64,000 bases of DNA from Eledone cirrhosa (Eukaryota). The position numbers were made by a program, and so were the translations under genes. This document shows positions 30,733-43,872 of the stretch, one piece after another. Numbering within the stretch: position 1 is the first letter of the stretch; the number at the start of each line of letters is the position of its first letter. Under the pieces are notes generated by a model. The model was not told the origin of the DNA and made no database searches. It was given only the letters and a program-made list of their open reading frames with translations. The stretch spans positions 276,396,001 through 276,460,000 of the forward strand of contig OZ024740.1 in assembly GCA_964016885.1 (NCBI GenBank), in the 5' to 3' direction.

Positions 30733-31312
30733 GATATGAATATGTAATGTATGTGTCCCAATGCAAATGACCATAACAATAATAGTAGATCACTAAAAAT
30801 AATTGTTGAGAAAATCAGGTAAAGTACCTCTGGAGATGGAAAAAAAGGGGACAGGGTACCTCTGTCCCCGTTTTTTTTCTGTCTCTAGGTATACTTTACC
30901 TATTTTTTGTCAATTATCTATAATTATCTATAGTGATTGACTGTTATTATTATGATTATTTGGTAGAGGGTCGGACGCCATACTTTGACGCATAGAGTTA
31001 CGGCCGTTGCCATTCTGAGTTCAAATCCCGCCAAGGTTAACTTTGCCTTTCATCCTTATGGGGTCGATAAAATAAAGTACTAGTAATGCACTGGGTAATT
31101 GCTGGCCTTGTGCCAAAAAGTAGAAACATTATTATGATTAGTTGTTACATTCTGAGTTCAAATCCCGCTGAGGTTAACTTTGCCTTTCATCCTTACGGGG
31201 TCGATAAAATAAAGTACCAGTAATCCACTGGGTAATTGATGGCCTTGTGCCAAAAGTAGAAACAATTATTATGATTATTTGTGATAAGACGCACCCATTT
31301 CAAATTGTCATA
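30733..31312. mobile_element. Foldback (palindromic) MITE-like element, right arm interrupted by two SINEs
   Basis: Arms mirror around GGGGACAG-GGTACCT-CTGTCCCC (~30847-30869); AGGTAAAGTA/TACTTTACCT; weak homology resumes after 31281. Confidence 0.65.
30963..31264 (+). mobile_element. Two tandem 5'-truncated SINE family 2 copies
   Basis: Flanked and separated by 17-bp ATTATTATGATTA(T/G)TTG at 30946, 31128, 31265. Confidence 0.9.
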
Positions 31313-32554
31313 TTGTTTCTTAACTCTTCTGTTGTTTATATATAAAATTCACCAAATAGACCCACTAAAGTGGTAGTTGTGGTGCTATGTAAAATCATAC
31401 CCATTACATCTTGTAAGATGGTTGGCATTAGGAAGGGCATCCAGCCATAGACATCATGCCAATTATGGAACATATGGGCAAGATAGATTACTCTGGTCCA
31501 TCTGGTCACAAACAATGGTAACCTATCCTACCAAAGCTAGACTGGTGTGAATCACAAGAATGTAGGAAACAAGATCACCTGCTAGAGGAGAAAAAATAAC
31601 AGGACAGCTTAGAGTCATGATCTAGGTGGGCTCAGTTCCTTTCAAGTGTTAGGAGGAATCAAGGGCTGAAACATTTGCTTGATGGGAGTTCTTCTTCTGA
31701 ACTGAAGATCTTCCTGATGTTTCCTCTCCCTGTTGCGAGTTGCTGCCTAAATCTAGAGTTGGGATATTTTTATATGTTAGTATTTGTTGTTGTTGTTATG
31801 TGGAATTTTATGATTAAGTGATATATTTTCATCCATATGGGGATTTAAAGTTATTCTTAAGAGTTCAAATGTTTGGGTCAACAAAATCTTACAAAAACGC
31901 TTTTAGGAAAAAAATAAAAATTGTTAAAACATGATAGATAGATATAAGAATAGATTGAAGAGCCTGCATGCTATATACAGTTGTTGGATATTTAGTCAGG
32001 GTTATGTTTCAAAGTTTCTATGTTAGGATAAATATCATACTTTAATTACTTGGGGAATAACTGCAATCACTAACACAAACTTAAAGAGTAAAGGTTAAGT
32101 GGTGTGGGATGGGTTAGACAGAATAAATACTAATCTAAAAGTGACTGAATAAACACTGATGTGTTAGGGACTAGGTTACAGTTCATTGGTTTGTTCAAAC
32201 ACACTACTGTATTTCTAAATGTGCACATGTGTTTTATGTAACAAAATATATTCTCTGTGAGTTGCAGGTCCCAAATACTCATTTGTTATTCTTTTTTCAT
32301 ACTGAAACCACACATACTCTCTCTCCCTTCCTCTCTCTTTCTCTGTCTCTCATCCCCATACACACACAGTCGTGTGATTAGCAAGTTTGCCATTGCAGGA
32401 ACATAGTTCTGGGTTCAATCCCACTGTGTGACTCTTTGGGTAAATGTCTTTTAATGTAACTGTGGTTTGACCAAAGCCTTGTGAGTGAAATTTAATCGAC
32501 GGAAGCCTGGCAAAAAAATAAAAATATATAAAAATATATATATATATATATAAT

Positions 32555-32940
32555 GGAGGCACATGGCTTAGTGGTTAGAGCATTGGCCTTGCAATCAAAA
32601 GGTTGTGAGTTCAATTCTCAGACCGGGTGATGTGTTGTTTCCTTGAGCAAGACACTTTATTTCACATTGCTCCAGTTTACTCAGCTGTAGAAATGAAATG
32701 ATAGGGCTGGGGTCCCTATCATTCCACTGCAAAGTGGTCGTGGAGGTGCCACGGCAAAAAAGCACCCAGCACTCGCTGTAAATGAGGTTGGTGTTAGGAA
32801 GTGCATCCAGCTGTAGAAATCAAGCCAGAATCAGTTCCCGTATGAGCAAGAAAATGTCAGCCGACCAGACACTGCCCACAACAGGACAACCCATGCTAGC
32901 ATGGAAGAACAGACGTAAAACGGTGATGATGATGATGATG
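32555..32940 (+). mobile_element. SINE family 1 with alternative (chimeric) 3' tail
   Basis: Matches family 1 to 32841, then follows the tail family seen at 60121-60225. Confidence 0.85.
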
Positions 32941-33175
32941 CATAATGTGTAGATTCCCGAACTGTGTTGGGGGTGGTGGGGGGGGGGGGGGGGTAACCAT
33001 AGTTAAAAAAGATATATATATATATATCAGGATGGAATTAGTTTGAAACTGGTTAGACCATTACTCAACAGAGTACTCAATACTTGGGATAGCATGAACT
33101 AGCTGTTGAAATGGCAAGAGCTCAGCCATCGGGTACCTACTGTTTATGTATATATTATATGTACATATATATATA

Positions 33176-33364
33176 GGTAGATTGGCAGTATCGGGTAGAG
33201 GGTCTGACGCCAAGCTTTGACACATAGAGTTACGGCCCTTGCCATTCTGAGTTCAAATCCCGCCGAGGTTAACTTTGCCTTTCATCCTTACGGGGTCGAT
33301 AAAATAAAGTACCAGTAATGCACTGGTTAATTGCTGGCCTTGTGCCAAAAGTAGAAACAATTAT
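33176..33364 (+). mobile_element. SINE family 2, full length
   Basis: A/B boxes, core, TTA tail. Confidence 0.9.
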
Positions 33365-34592
33365 ATATAATTACAGCTAATCATCTATTTTCCATACTTG
33401 CATGAGTTAGATGGGATGTCACTTTCTGATATTAGATTTGTTCATAGGTTCTATTTTCGGCTTAGTTTCTATGGCAGGATGCTTTTTCTAATCCCAACCA
33501 CCTTCCAGGTGCATTGGAAGCATTTTATCATGATACCAATACTACATCCTTACAAGGTAGACTGGTCGTTTTCCATTATGAACCAGAGTAGGGTGGGTTA
33601 GTTTTATCCTTGTACTATCATGAATACTTTAGAAAGTGACCTGATTGTATATTATCATAGAACCAGCATCACCATGTTACAACACTATGGCATGTGTTTA
33701 TATCTGTGTGTGATATATCTGCATTTACCTCTATTCTTTATGTCCTATAAACCTAATGGTTTGCCAAATAGAGATTGATGAATTAAGTACCAGAGTTGAA
33801 AAATAAGTATTGATGTTGACTGATATGGTAGGCTCCTGTATGGCCACAGTCCAATCTTGACTCCAGTAAATCACTGATCCCTCCTGAAGGAAAATTTGAA
33901 CCATGCTGCATTTGAACTCTGAACATAGGAGAGAGAGAGCTAAATATGGGCAAAGTGTTTTGTAACATTGTGCTGCACAACCAATTCTTCCATCCTCCGC
34001 CATCTTCCCTTAACTGTTATTATTAATACAAGAACAACAACAACAGAGAAAGAGAGAGAGAAAGAAAAAAAGGAATAAAAAGAAAGAAAACATAAGACAA
34101 AGCATGCTGGGAAGACGTAACCACTTTGAAATCCATCTGCAAAAAATATTGTTTTAAATAATAATGACTTTAATGGGTCATGTAAGCTGTTATGTCTGTC
34201 TTAGCTTAAAAAGAGAACTGGTGTTAAATCCATCAGCTTGAGTATAAATCTATGTATGTATGAATGAGTATGTATGTTGTCATGTGTATGTGTGATGTGT
34301 GTTAGTGTATGTATATCTTAGTGTGTGTATATGTGTTGGCGTATATATGTGTGTTGTATGTATGTGTAAGGGTAGGGCTTATGTGTATGTAGTTTCACAT
34401 ATTATTTTTAGATTACTGCACTATACAGGGAATATGTGTTTGCGTGGTGTGTGTATCTGTGTCTGTATGTGTGTATGTGTTGTATATGTTGATGTGTTTA
34501 AGTGTTGGCATCTGATGTAAGCATCTTATATTTGTCCTCTTGGATTTCTTTATTCCTCTTGGCACAATGTGTTTGTTGTTTTTGTGAGTATG

Positions 34593-34630
<38 letters not shown>

Positions 34631-35175
34631 TGTCTGTGTGTATGTGAATACATTGTCTGCTTTTATGAGCAACATGAATGATGATAATAATGATAATAAT
34701 AATAATAATATTGAAGATTATGATGACAGTGATGATGATTAAGCTGATGGTATTAATAATAATGAAAAGAAGAATTGTAAGAATATTGATGATGACAATG
34801 CTAACAATTCATTATGGTGATGATGATGATGATAGTCAAAGATCTGTACAGAGCAATGGTATAAGACAAATTCCTTAAGCATTCATTAAGTAGCCAGTTT
34901 TCAGATGACAACACATTATATTCTCTGAAATTCATATGGGCACCCTGTTTATAATAATCCTTTAGAATTCAACAACAACAGCAGCAACATATAACAGCAA
35001 CATATAACAGAAATGGTAGCAAAAACTAAAAGAAAACACAACAAAAAGACTCCTACACTTAGGTAACTACCCCCTCAACATCTCCACAAAGACCTAGACC
35101 ATCTGAAGAATGCATTAAGAGCAACAACTAAAATACCATTCCTTAGACTATCGCACACATTTATATATATATATG

Positions 35176-35223
<48 letters not shown>

Positions 35224-35429
35224 CACACACACACATACAGTTTCATACACATTCAGAAATAAAATTCCACTTGGACACTCACATGCTCAGACATAAGCTT
35301 GCTTCTATGTTTAGTTAACTTGCCTCTGGTATAACGAATGTTTCTTCTACATTATCAATAATACATTATTAAGTTGTTTTTTTTGTGTGTTTGTGTCCAT
35401 CTATGTATGTGTTGGTGTGTGTGTTTGTG

Positions 35430-35489
<60 letters not shown>

Positions 35490-35517
35490 AATATATATGC
35501 GTGTGTGAGTGTGTGTG

Positions 35518-35564
<47 letters not shown>

Positions 35565-35570
35565 GTATAT

Positions 35571-35604
<34 letters not shown>

Positions 35605-35625
35605 ATATATGTCTACACATACACA

Positions 35626-35665
<40 letters not shown>

Positions 35666-36248
35666 ATTAAACACCACATATCTCTATATGTGTTGTGTAT
35701 GTTACAATGTATATGTGTATAATGCAAGCATATAGCATCATTTCAATGTCTGCTTCTTTTTCCAGTGGTCTATGACATCAACATAAACACACACACACAG
35801 ACACTCACACATGGACACACACACACACGCGGTCATTCACATCTACATACAGGTACATGCACTAACAGAGACACACATACAAGTTGCATATATGCCAGCA
35901 TGTAACTGAATGACTCTTAACATGACACTCACACCTTCCTATTACTATTTCCACCTTGTCCTTTAAGCAGGATTGCCAGATATTTTTTCCTCACTTTTGT
36001 CATTCTTTTATGTACAGAGACACAGACACACACACATATATATATATATAAACTTATATATATATATATGTGTGTGTGTGTGTATTTATGTGTATATATA
36101 TAAATTATATATATATTATATTATATTATATTATATATATGTATATAGATATATTATATTATATATATGTATATATATATATATTATATTATATTATATA
36201 TATGTTATATTATATATATATATTATATTATATATATATTATATTATA

Positions 36249-36327
<79 letters not shown>

Positions 36328-36651
36328 CATAAAGAAGAAAAAATGACAAGTTAAAAGACAAAACAAAGATCTCGTATAACAAGTGTCTTTTCGTGTTCAT
36401 CAAGAAAATGATCACCTTGTAGTCCTTGATGTTGTTGTCGTCATTCTCCTTGTTTGTTTCATTTGAAGAAGGTTGGTAATGTGTGGGTGGGGAATTCCTA
36501 ACAATAGGAGAAAACAACAAATAGTCTACATTTATTTCTTGAAGAAATATCTTCAGATTATCGATATATGTATATATATATATAAATGTATCATCATCAT
36601 TGTTTTTATGTCTGCTTTTCCATGCTTGCTTGTATATATATGCATGCACAA

Positions 36652-36870
36652 TCATCATCATCATCATCATCATCATCGTTTAATGTCTATCTTCCACGTT
36701 AGACGGGAATAGTCTGACTTGAGGCAAGATTGATCGGGTGACCATGTCTCACTCATATAGAAGTGTATCTGGCAGGTTTTCTACGGCTGGATGACCTTCC
36801 TAACACCAACCACATTTACAGTGTGGACTGAAAGCCTTTTTACCATGTTCCCTACATGGCCAATACACAA
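36652..36870 (-). mobile_element. RTE-related 3' end fragment
   Basis: (CAT)n tail and CTACGGCTGGATGACCTTCCTAACACCAACCACATTTACAGTGTGG; similar fragments at 38295-38478, 46540-46810, 56079-56175, 59987-60225, 63715-64000. Confidence 0.75.
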
Positions 36871-36912
36871 TACATATATATATATATATATTGTGTATGT
36901 GTATGTATGTGC

Positions 36913-36943
<31 letters not shown>

Positions 36944-36944
<1 letters not shown>

Positions 36945-37139
36945 AATAATAATTGTTTCTACTTTTGGCACAAGGCCAGCAATTACCCCAGTGCATTACT
37001 GGTACTTTACTTCATCAATCCTGTAAGGATGAAAGACAAAGTTAACCTTGGAGGGATTTGAACTCAAACCATAAAGGGCCATAACTCTTTGCTGCAGAGC
37101 ATGGCATCTGACCCTCTACTGGTACTGCCAACCCAACCA
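36944..37139 (-). mobile_element. SINE family 2
   Basis: Reverse complement of family consensus. Confidence 0.85.
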
Positions 37140-37310
37140 TATGTGTGTGTAATAATAATAAGTGGGAACCAAGTATCAATATTATATCAATATATTTTTC
37201 ATTCACATGTGGCATGCCTTTCTCAATGGATCAGCTCAAGGTACAATCAGTCATGATTGGGCCCGACTGTGGAATTGATCGCTCATCTCAATTGTGTATA
37301 TATATAAATA

Positions 37311-37378
37311 TATTGGGTCGTCAAGTATGAAATTTGTAGAAAAAAACAAATTTCTACAAATTTCATATTTGACGGCCC

Positions 37379-37381
<3 letters not shown>
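37311..37381. mobile_element. ~70-bp mariner-like mini-MITE (hairpin)
   Basis: 31-bp inverted arms ATTGGGTCGTCAAGTATGAAATTTGTAGAAA / TTTCTACAAATTTCATATTTGACGGCCCAAT, 8-nt spacer, left end in TA. Confidence 0.65.
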
Positions 37382-37421
<40 letters not shown>

Positions 37422-37778
37422 GAGAGACTGTTTTGAAAAACCAGTTGTTTTGGTGGACTTTGAAGTAAACTGTTGTTATTACAAAATCTATCAAGCAAGC
37501 ATATATTAAGACCCTCTTCCTGCTATATCAAGTGTTAACCTAATATATACCTTTCATATACTGTACCGATTGTGTTGTTATTTTTGTTTACCTCTTACAT
37601 ACATATATATATATATATAAAGTCCCGGACTCAATACATTAGTAGCGTATATACAAAATTTAATATAGAAATGGCTTCAAAAGGGCTAGAATTGTTCATT
37701 TGTAAGAAATCCTGATGATTTATTCTGAATGAAACAGATCTAGTCCTGTTGAAGCCATTAATATATATATATATATAT

Positions 37779-37838
<60 letters not shown>

Positions 37839-38294
37839 TTAATAATGAAATGAAGCTATTGAATAGAAGTGACAACTTGGGTCATTTTCTCACTCACTCA
37901 ATAATTTAATTAAAGTCAGTATCATTAAGACACCAACCCAAGAAAATTAGAGTGCTGCAGACTTATACGTTAATTAGTGAGAAACTTGATTTAGTGTGGG
38001 TAGAAAATTTATATATATAGATGCACACATATATTATCATCAGTTTTACATCTCTTTTTCCATGAGCTGAGATATATTTTGGGGCAAAATGTTTTGGATG
38101 ACTTTCCTGCTGGTAACCCATACCTATTTTTTTTTTTTTTTTTTTTTGGGGTAGAAATTCATTTATGGGTGCCTTACATCTGCACTGTGATATTTCTGTT
38201 TATGCAGAACCTAAACAAATATCAATGCTGCTTGTCATATTCAAAGTGAAGAAAAAAGAAACATATTTTTCTCTCTCTCTCACACACACACTTT

Positions 38295-38333
<39 letters not shown>

Positions 38334-38498
38334 GTTTAACGTCCATTTTCCACGCTAACATGGGTCTGGATGGGAATTGTCCACTTGAGGCAAGATTGGT
38401 TGTCTTGCTCAGGACTGTCTGGCGGGTTTTCTACGGCTGGATGCCCTTCCTAACACCAACCACGTTTACAGTGTGGAGTTTACTTTATATATATATTT

Positions 38499-38556
<58 letters not shown>

Positions 38557-38921
38557 CCCAACCCATGTGTCAACTAGGAAACTGGACATAAAAGTATGCT
38601 GATGGTGAAATGACTTGTTTCCTTATAGATTCTGCCAATCAAGTTCACTCTCATAGTGATGAAGATGATGATGATGACCTGCACATATTCCTACATGTAT
38701 GCATGCACACATACACATACTCACACACACATACACACACATACATACACTCATGCTCACACCCATACAATACTAATAGAGGTACTAGTATGACTATACT
38801 GACATTTTGAAGCCTGTAGTTCATGCTTCCTGTTGATGATATTATTATTGGTAATAGTAATGTTTGTAATAATATTAATGATTAATAATTTTGAATTGAT
38901 GATGTAAAAGCAATGTTTTAT

Positions 38922-39194
38922 GTTATGTTAGCAACAGTTGTGTCATTGATGATTCTAATTGTGTTAACACTGGGGAATTAGAATAAAACAGAACCCAATA
39001 TACCTACACTATTAATATATGAGCATCAATGATGGCAAAAGTACGTGTTTTTTTCCTCCTTTTACAAATCTGTTTTTTTTTCTTTTAAGTTTGCTGACGT
39101 TGTTAGCAATTGTACTGCTTCGCCATTAGCAACTGGATTATGTTTCAACTGTCCTTAACAACTACACCATCATACTGGTGTTACCATAAGCAAC
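38922..39194. promoter_or_regulatory. Cluster of RFX X-box-like motifs
   Basis: GTTACCATAAGCAAC (39180-39194) fits GTNRCC-N0-3-RGYAAC; partial sites at 38922, 39119 and ~39150. Confidence 0.4.
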
Positions 39195-41242
39195 TATGTT
39201 GAATTACTGATCATTTTGGATGGCCATTATAGCTACAAAATTACACTGCAGTAGTATAATTGCAGAAGTAAACAACGATATGGGTTCTTTTGATCTTGAT
39301 GAAGGAGAGAATGAAATGGCTGGGCAAGCATTGTAATTAGACAAATTCCCAACTCACTTGTGTAGCTCTCCGTTCAAATCCAGCCTGGAGAATAATTGCT
39401 TGTTATGTTTCTGGACATAACATTTCATTGTATGTTACTGTATTTCACCTCAGGTGTGTAAAGTGAGAAGGTCATTAGAGTTGATCATAAAATTTATAGC
39501 TATCTTCGATCACTATAGTCAAACAGTTCACTGTGTGTTATCAAATCATTAAATATGCAGGCTTTTCCTTGTTCTTTAGTCCCATATCAATCCTCATTCT
39601 TGAGAGGCATTCTACCCATAACCATTGCATGTTTTCTTCAGGTGCAATGCATTTAGAATCACATCAGTTCTACTGTCTTGTATATGACTACAATGGCCAA
39701 TGTGTTTTTCCTTATGGCTTTTGTTATTGCTGTTATTTTATTTCTGAGATGGTCAGTTATCACTGGGAGGCTCCCTCATTGCTTCTAAAACAATGATAGT
39801 TTGTACAGCATTTTAGAAGGTTTCTTTTCACTTAGCACAAAGCCAATTCATGTTGATTGAAACAACCTGGTATTCTTTTCATCAACTTCAGATGGATGAA
39901 TGGAAATGCTTGTTCTCAAAAATTGTATTTAGAATGCCAATGGCCAATACCAAAATACTGAAAATGTTTGCCAACATGCCACTTCACTTTGGAAGATAAT
40001 TGCACAATAATACTACTCAAAATAGTAACAATTAAATTCATTAATTTATGCAAAATTTAATTACATTTTTTTCATTTAATTAATTTAACATAATGAAAGA
40101 ACCTGTTATTGTGACATCAGCTTTCTGAACACTGATTGGTTACAACAAGAGTCTTAACACATTTAATACCTTCCCCCATTGTTCAGTAAATTTGCATCTC
40201 TCTTATTATTATTATCATCATCATCATCATCATCATCATTATTATTATTATACTTTAATTGGAAGGGGAAGGACATTGCTGCTTTTTTGCAGTGTGACTG
40301 AGATTGGCAGGAGAAAGGGAACAAGATTTCAAGATACTTAATCTGGAAGGAGACCTAGTCCAAATGCTTACAATTGAATATTGTATTGTGTCTGACCACA
40401 AATTTAGACATTCTTACAACTAATATACTTGTACCTTTGGAGTACTCTTATATAATTTTACCATCACTTTATAACAATCTTAAATACTTGAGGAAATTTA
40501 AGGGCATGATATATCATCATCATCATCATCATCTTCATCATCACCATCATCAAAATCTTTGTTTAATGTCCATTTACCCTGCTTATAACAGTTAGACATG
40601 TTACAGACCAGTCAATACTCAAGTAGAACCTTTGATCTCCAGGTGAACTGGGAGCCCAACATATCATCCTACACTCTGCTGAGTGCATTATATCATGGTG
40701 CTAACACTATAGAATTTTTCATGTCATTGGCATAGCTTAAGAATCTTCTCAACTCTTTGTATAGCATATTTTCTATGATGCGATGTCCTTCCTATCGCCA
40801 GCCACTTTACAGAATGTACTGAAGGTTACCATGCCTATGACCTGACTGAAGAGTCTTCCTAACTCTTTGTTTGGCAATTGTTCTACAGCTGGATGCCCTA
40901 ACACTAACCCCTTTACAAAGTGTACTGAATGCATTTAAGAAAAAAGAAAAGAAGTGTAAACACCTCATTGGATCATGATTGAATGCTTTATTTTCAGTTT
41001 GTATGCCAGAGGCAGGTAATCCTGGTGAAAGCCCTTCTCTTGCCAGTCTATTGCTCTCAGTCAAAATTAATACGTATGAGGATAACTAACTGAAAAGATA
41101 TATCTCAACAAGGAATTGAAACTGAATTGCACACTAAAGTTGCAAAAAGCTTACCATTGCACTCCACTGATTGTACGTGTTATATTAACACATTTTATTG
41201 AGTGTTTCTCTTGTTTGCATTCAATAATTTTTAGGATCAATT

Positions 41243-41483
41243 TCAACCCTTTTATTACCAAACTGGCCAAAACCTGCTGTGGTTCTATGAAATAATGTCA
41301 TTTATTTTAAAGGTTTCCAATTTAGATTAAAATCTGCCAACAAAATTTTATATAGAGAAATTTACATTAAGTTACTATCTTAGTAATGAAATAATTACTA
41401 ATTTTAGTAAATCCCTCAAAATTCTTCATTAATTAATTGAAATTGTGCATATTTCATTAGAAATATGGTAATAAAAGAGTTAA
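41243..41483 (-). mobile_element. piggyBac-type MITE family 2
   Basis: CCCTTTTATTACCA...TGGTAATAAAAGAG-TTAA; homologous to 18917-19167. Confidence 0.7.
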
Positions 41484-41782
41484 AAAATATACCAGTAATA
41501 TTCTGTTGTTTCTCTATAGCTCCTGGTCATCTTTGTTGAAATATTCTTATCAACAAAGGCATTCTAGTTCAATATCATTTACTTTTTCAGACATGCATGT
41601 GTTTCATTTTTAAAGATTCAAAGACATGATTTGAGGGAAATTTAGTTACTATTTTAAGCAGATTAAGCGACTACATAGAGACTTTCTTGCCTTGTATTTT
41701 GATATAGATATAAATGGTTAAGTCTCCATCTTTTTCAAATTTGACCTTGTGCCTAATGAAGAGAAATCAATAACCTATTTTT

Positions 41783-42081
41783 TGTTGCCAATAGCAACTG
41801 TATGACACAGTTGTTGCTATTGGCAACATGAACAGCTGTTCTTAGCAACTAACATTCTATCACTGTAGTTGTTTATCAAGCTCTGGGGCATCCCAAATTG
41901 AGCAGGCATATGATCAAAGGTATTTTATACATCCAAGACTGTCCAATGTGTCCTTCCTTTTAAAATAGATGTTGGGGTTGATTTGAGGGAGATTTCAGCT
42001 GGTATTTCTAATAGATTGAGCCACTGTATGGAGACTCCCTTGTTTTGGCTTGAAGATCTTTTTGTGGTTGCCATTAACAAC
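41783..42081. promoter_or_regulatory. Inverted pair of RFX X-boxes plus further sites
   Basis: GTTGCCAATAGCAAC (41784-41798), its reverse complement (41813-41827), GTTCTTAGCAAC (41838-41849), GTTGCCATTAACAAC (42067-42081). Confidence 0.45.
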
Positions 42082-42705
42082 TATCTTACAAAAATATTAC
42101 ATTGTTTTCAAATGATATATTTGTAGCTATGATTTAATAAAGTCAAAAGATTTTGGCCATAACCTTTGGACATCACTGTATGTGTGTGTGAACCGTTTAC
42201 AATATCTCAGTGTGTATGTCTATATTTGCATCTGAACTTGAATATATGTCTGTGTTTTTGTGAATGTGTTTGTATATCTAAGCATTATTTTTATTATTTT
42301 TAGTTTCATGTATGTGTTAGTGCATATGTATACACATATTGGTATATTTATGTATATTTGTGTGAATGTTTAGTTATGAATTTCATAGAAATATGGGAGA
42401 GAGAGAGAGAGTGTGTGTGTAAATGTGTCTGTCTGACTCCACATGTGTTGTGAATGTGCAGCATGTTTATCCAACTCCAAATATGATGTATAATGGAAGA
42501 AGTGAATCATATCCTTAACTAGAAATTTGGTTGTTTATCAAACTAAGCTGTGGAAGTAGCTGAAGTGTGTCTCTTCTGGCTCAAGTTAGAGGAAGTCTAG
42601 GCTCAAGCTAGAGACGGTGGTGGTAGTGGGAGACTGTCTTGAGTGAAGAGTTTTAAATTGATGACTGGGTGTGGTACATACCTAACAGTAGCAAAGATAC
42701 AACTT

Positions 42706-42883
<178 letters not shown>

Positions 42884-43204
42884 GGCTGCAATACACAGAC
42901 ACACAGGCATGGTTGTGTGATTAAAAAGTTCTTCACAACCATGTGGTTTTGGGTTCCATCCCACTGCATGGTACCTTAGGGCAAGCAGTTTCTACTATAG
43001 TTCTAGGCCAACCATTGCTTTGCTGTATTCATTCTGAGTTCAAATCCTTCTGAGGTGTACTTTGCTTTTCATCCTTTCAGAGTTTTAAAATATATTACCA
43101 TTCAAGTAGTGGGTTTGATTTAAATGACATTTTCCTACCATCAAATGTTTGATCTTGTAGTTATGTTATTGTTGTTGTTTTTGTTGCTGCTACTGTTGTT
43201 GTTG

Positions 43205-43235
<31 letters not shown>

Positions 43236-43572
43236 CAGTAGTAGTTAGTAGTAGTTCAGTGAAGGCATATGACTTAGTGGTTAGGATGTTCAGGTCACTA
43301 TAAGGTTATGTGTTCGATTCATTGATCAGGTGGCACACTGAGTTCTTGAGCAAGACACTTTATTTCACATTACTCCAGTCCACCACTTAGCTAGCAAAAG
43401 TGATTAGTATCTGTAATTGAAAGGGGCCAGCCGTGTCACACATTGTGCCACAATGAATCTCCTTCAGAACTTGTTTATTAGTACATGTGTAATTTCCCAA
43501 GTATGTAGCTCGTAGCTCCTGTGATTGAATCAACTTGAGCACTTGTTGGGAATAATGGCAGTCCAAGAACAC

Positions 43573-43574
<2 letters not shown>

Positions 43575-43612
<38 letters not shown>

Positions 43613-43872
43613 GGTGGTAGTAGTAGTAATGGTGGTGGTGGTATTGGTAGTAGTAGTAATGGTGGTGGTGGTATTGGTAGTAGTAGTAGTAGTAATGGTG
43701 GTGGTGGTGGTAGTAGTAGTAGTAGTAGTAATGGTGGTGGTGGTAGTGGTAGTAGTAGTAGTAGTAGTAATGGTGGTGGTGGTATTGGTAGTAGTAGTAG
43801 TAGTAGTAGTAATGGTGGTGGTGGTATTGGTGGTAGTAGTAGTAGTAGTAGTTGTAGTAGTAGTAGTAGTAG
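43575..43872. repeat. (GTA)n/(GTG)n higher-order trinucleotide repeat
   Basis: Recurring unit (GTA)n-ATG-(GTG)3-GTATTG. Confidence 0.95.

Noticed and set aside
32555-32630. tRNA gene-like heads of the SINE families
   Set aside because: They have A and B boxes but no complete cloverleaf, and they continue into SINE bodies
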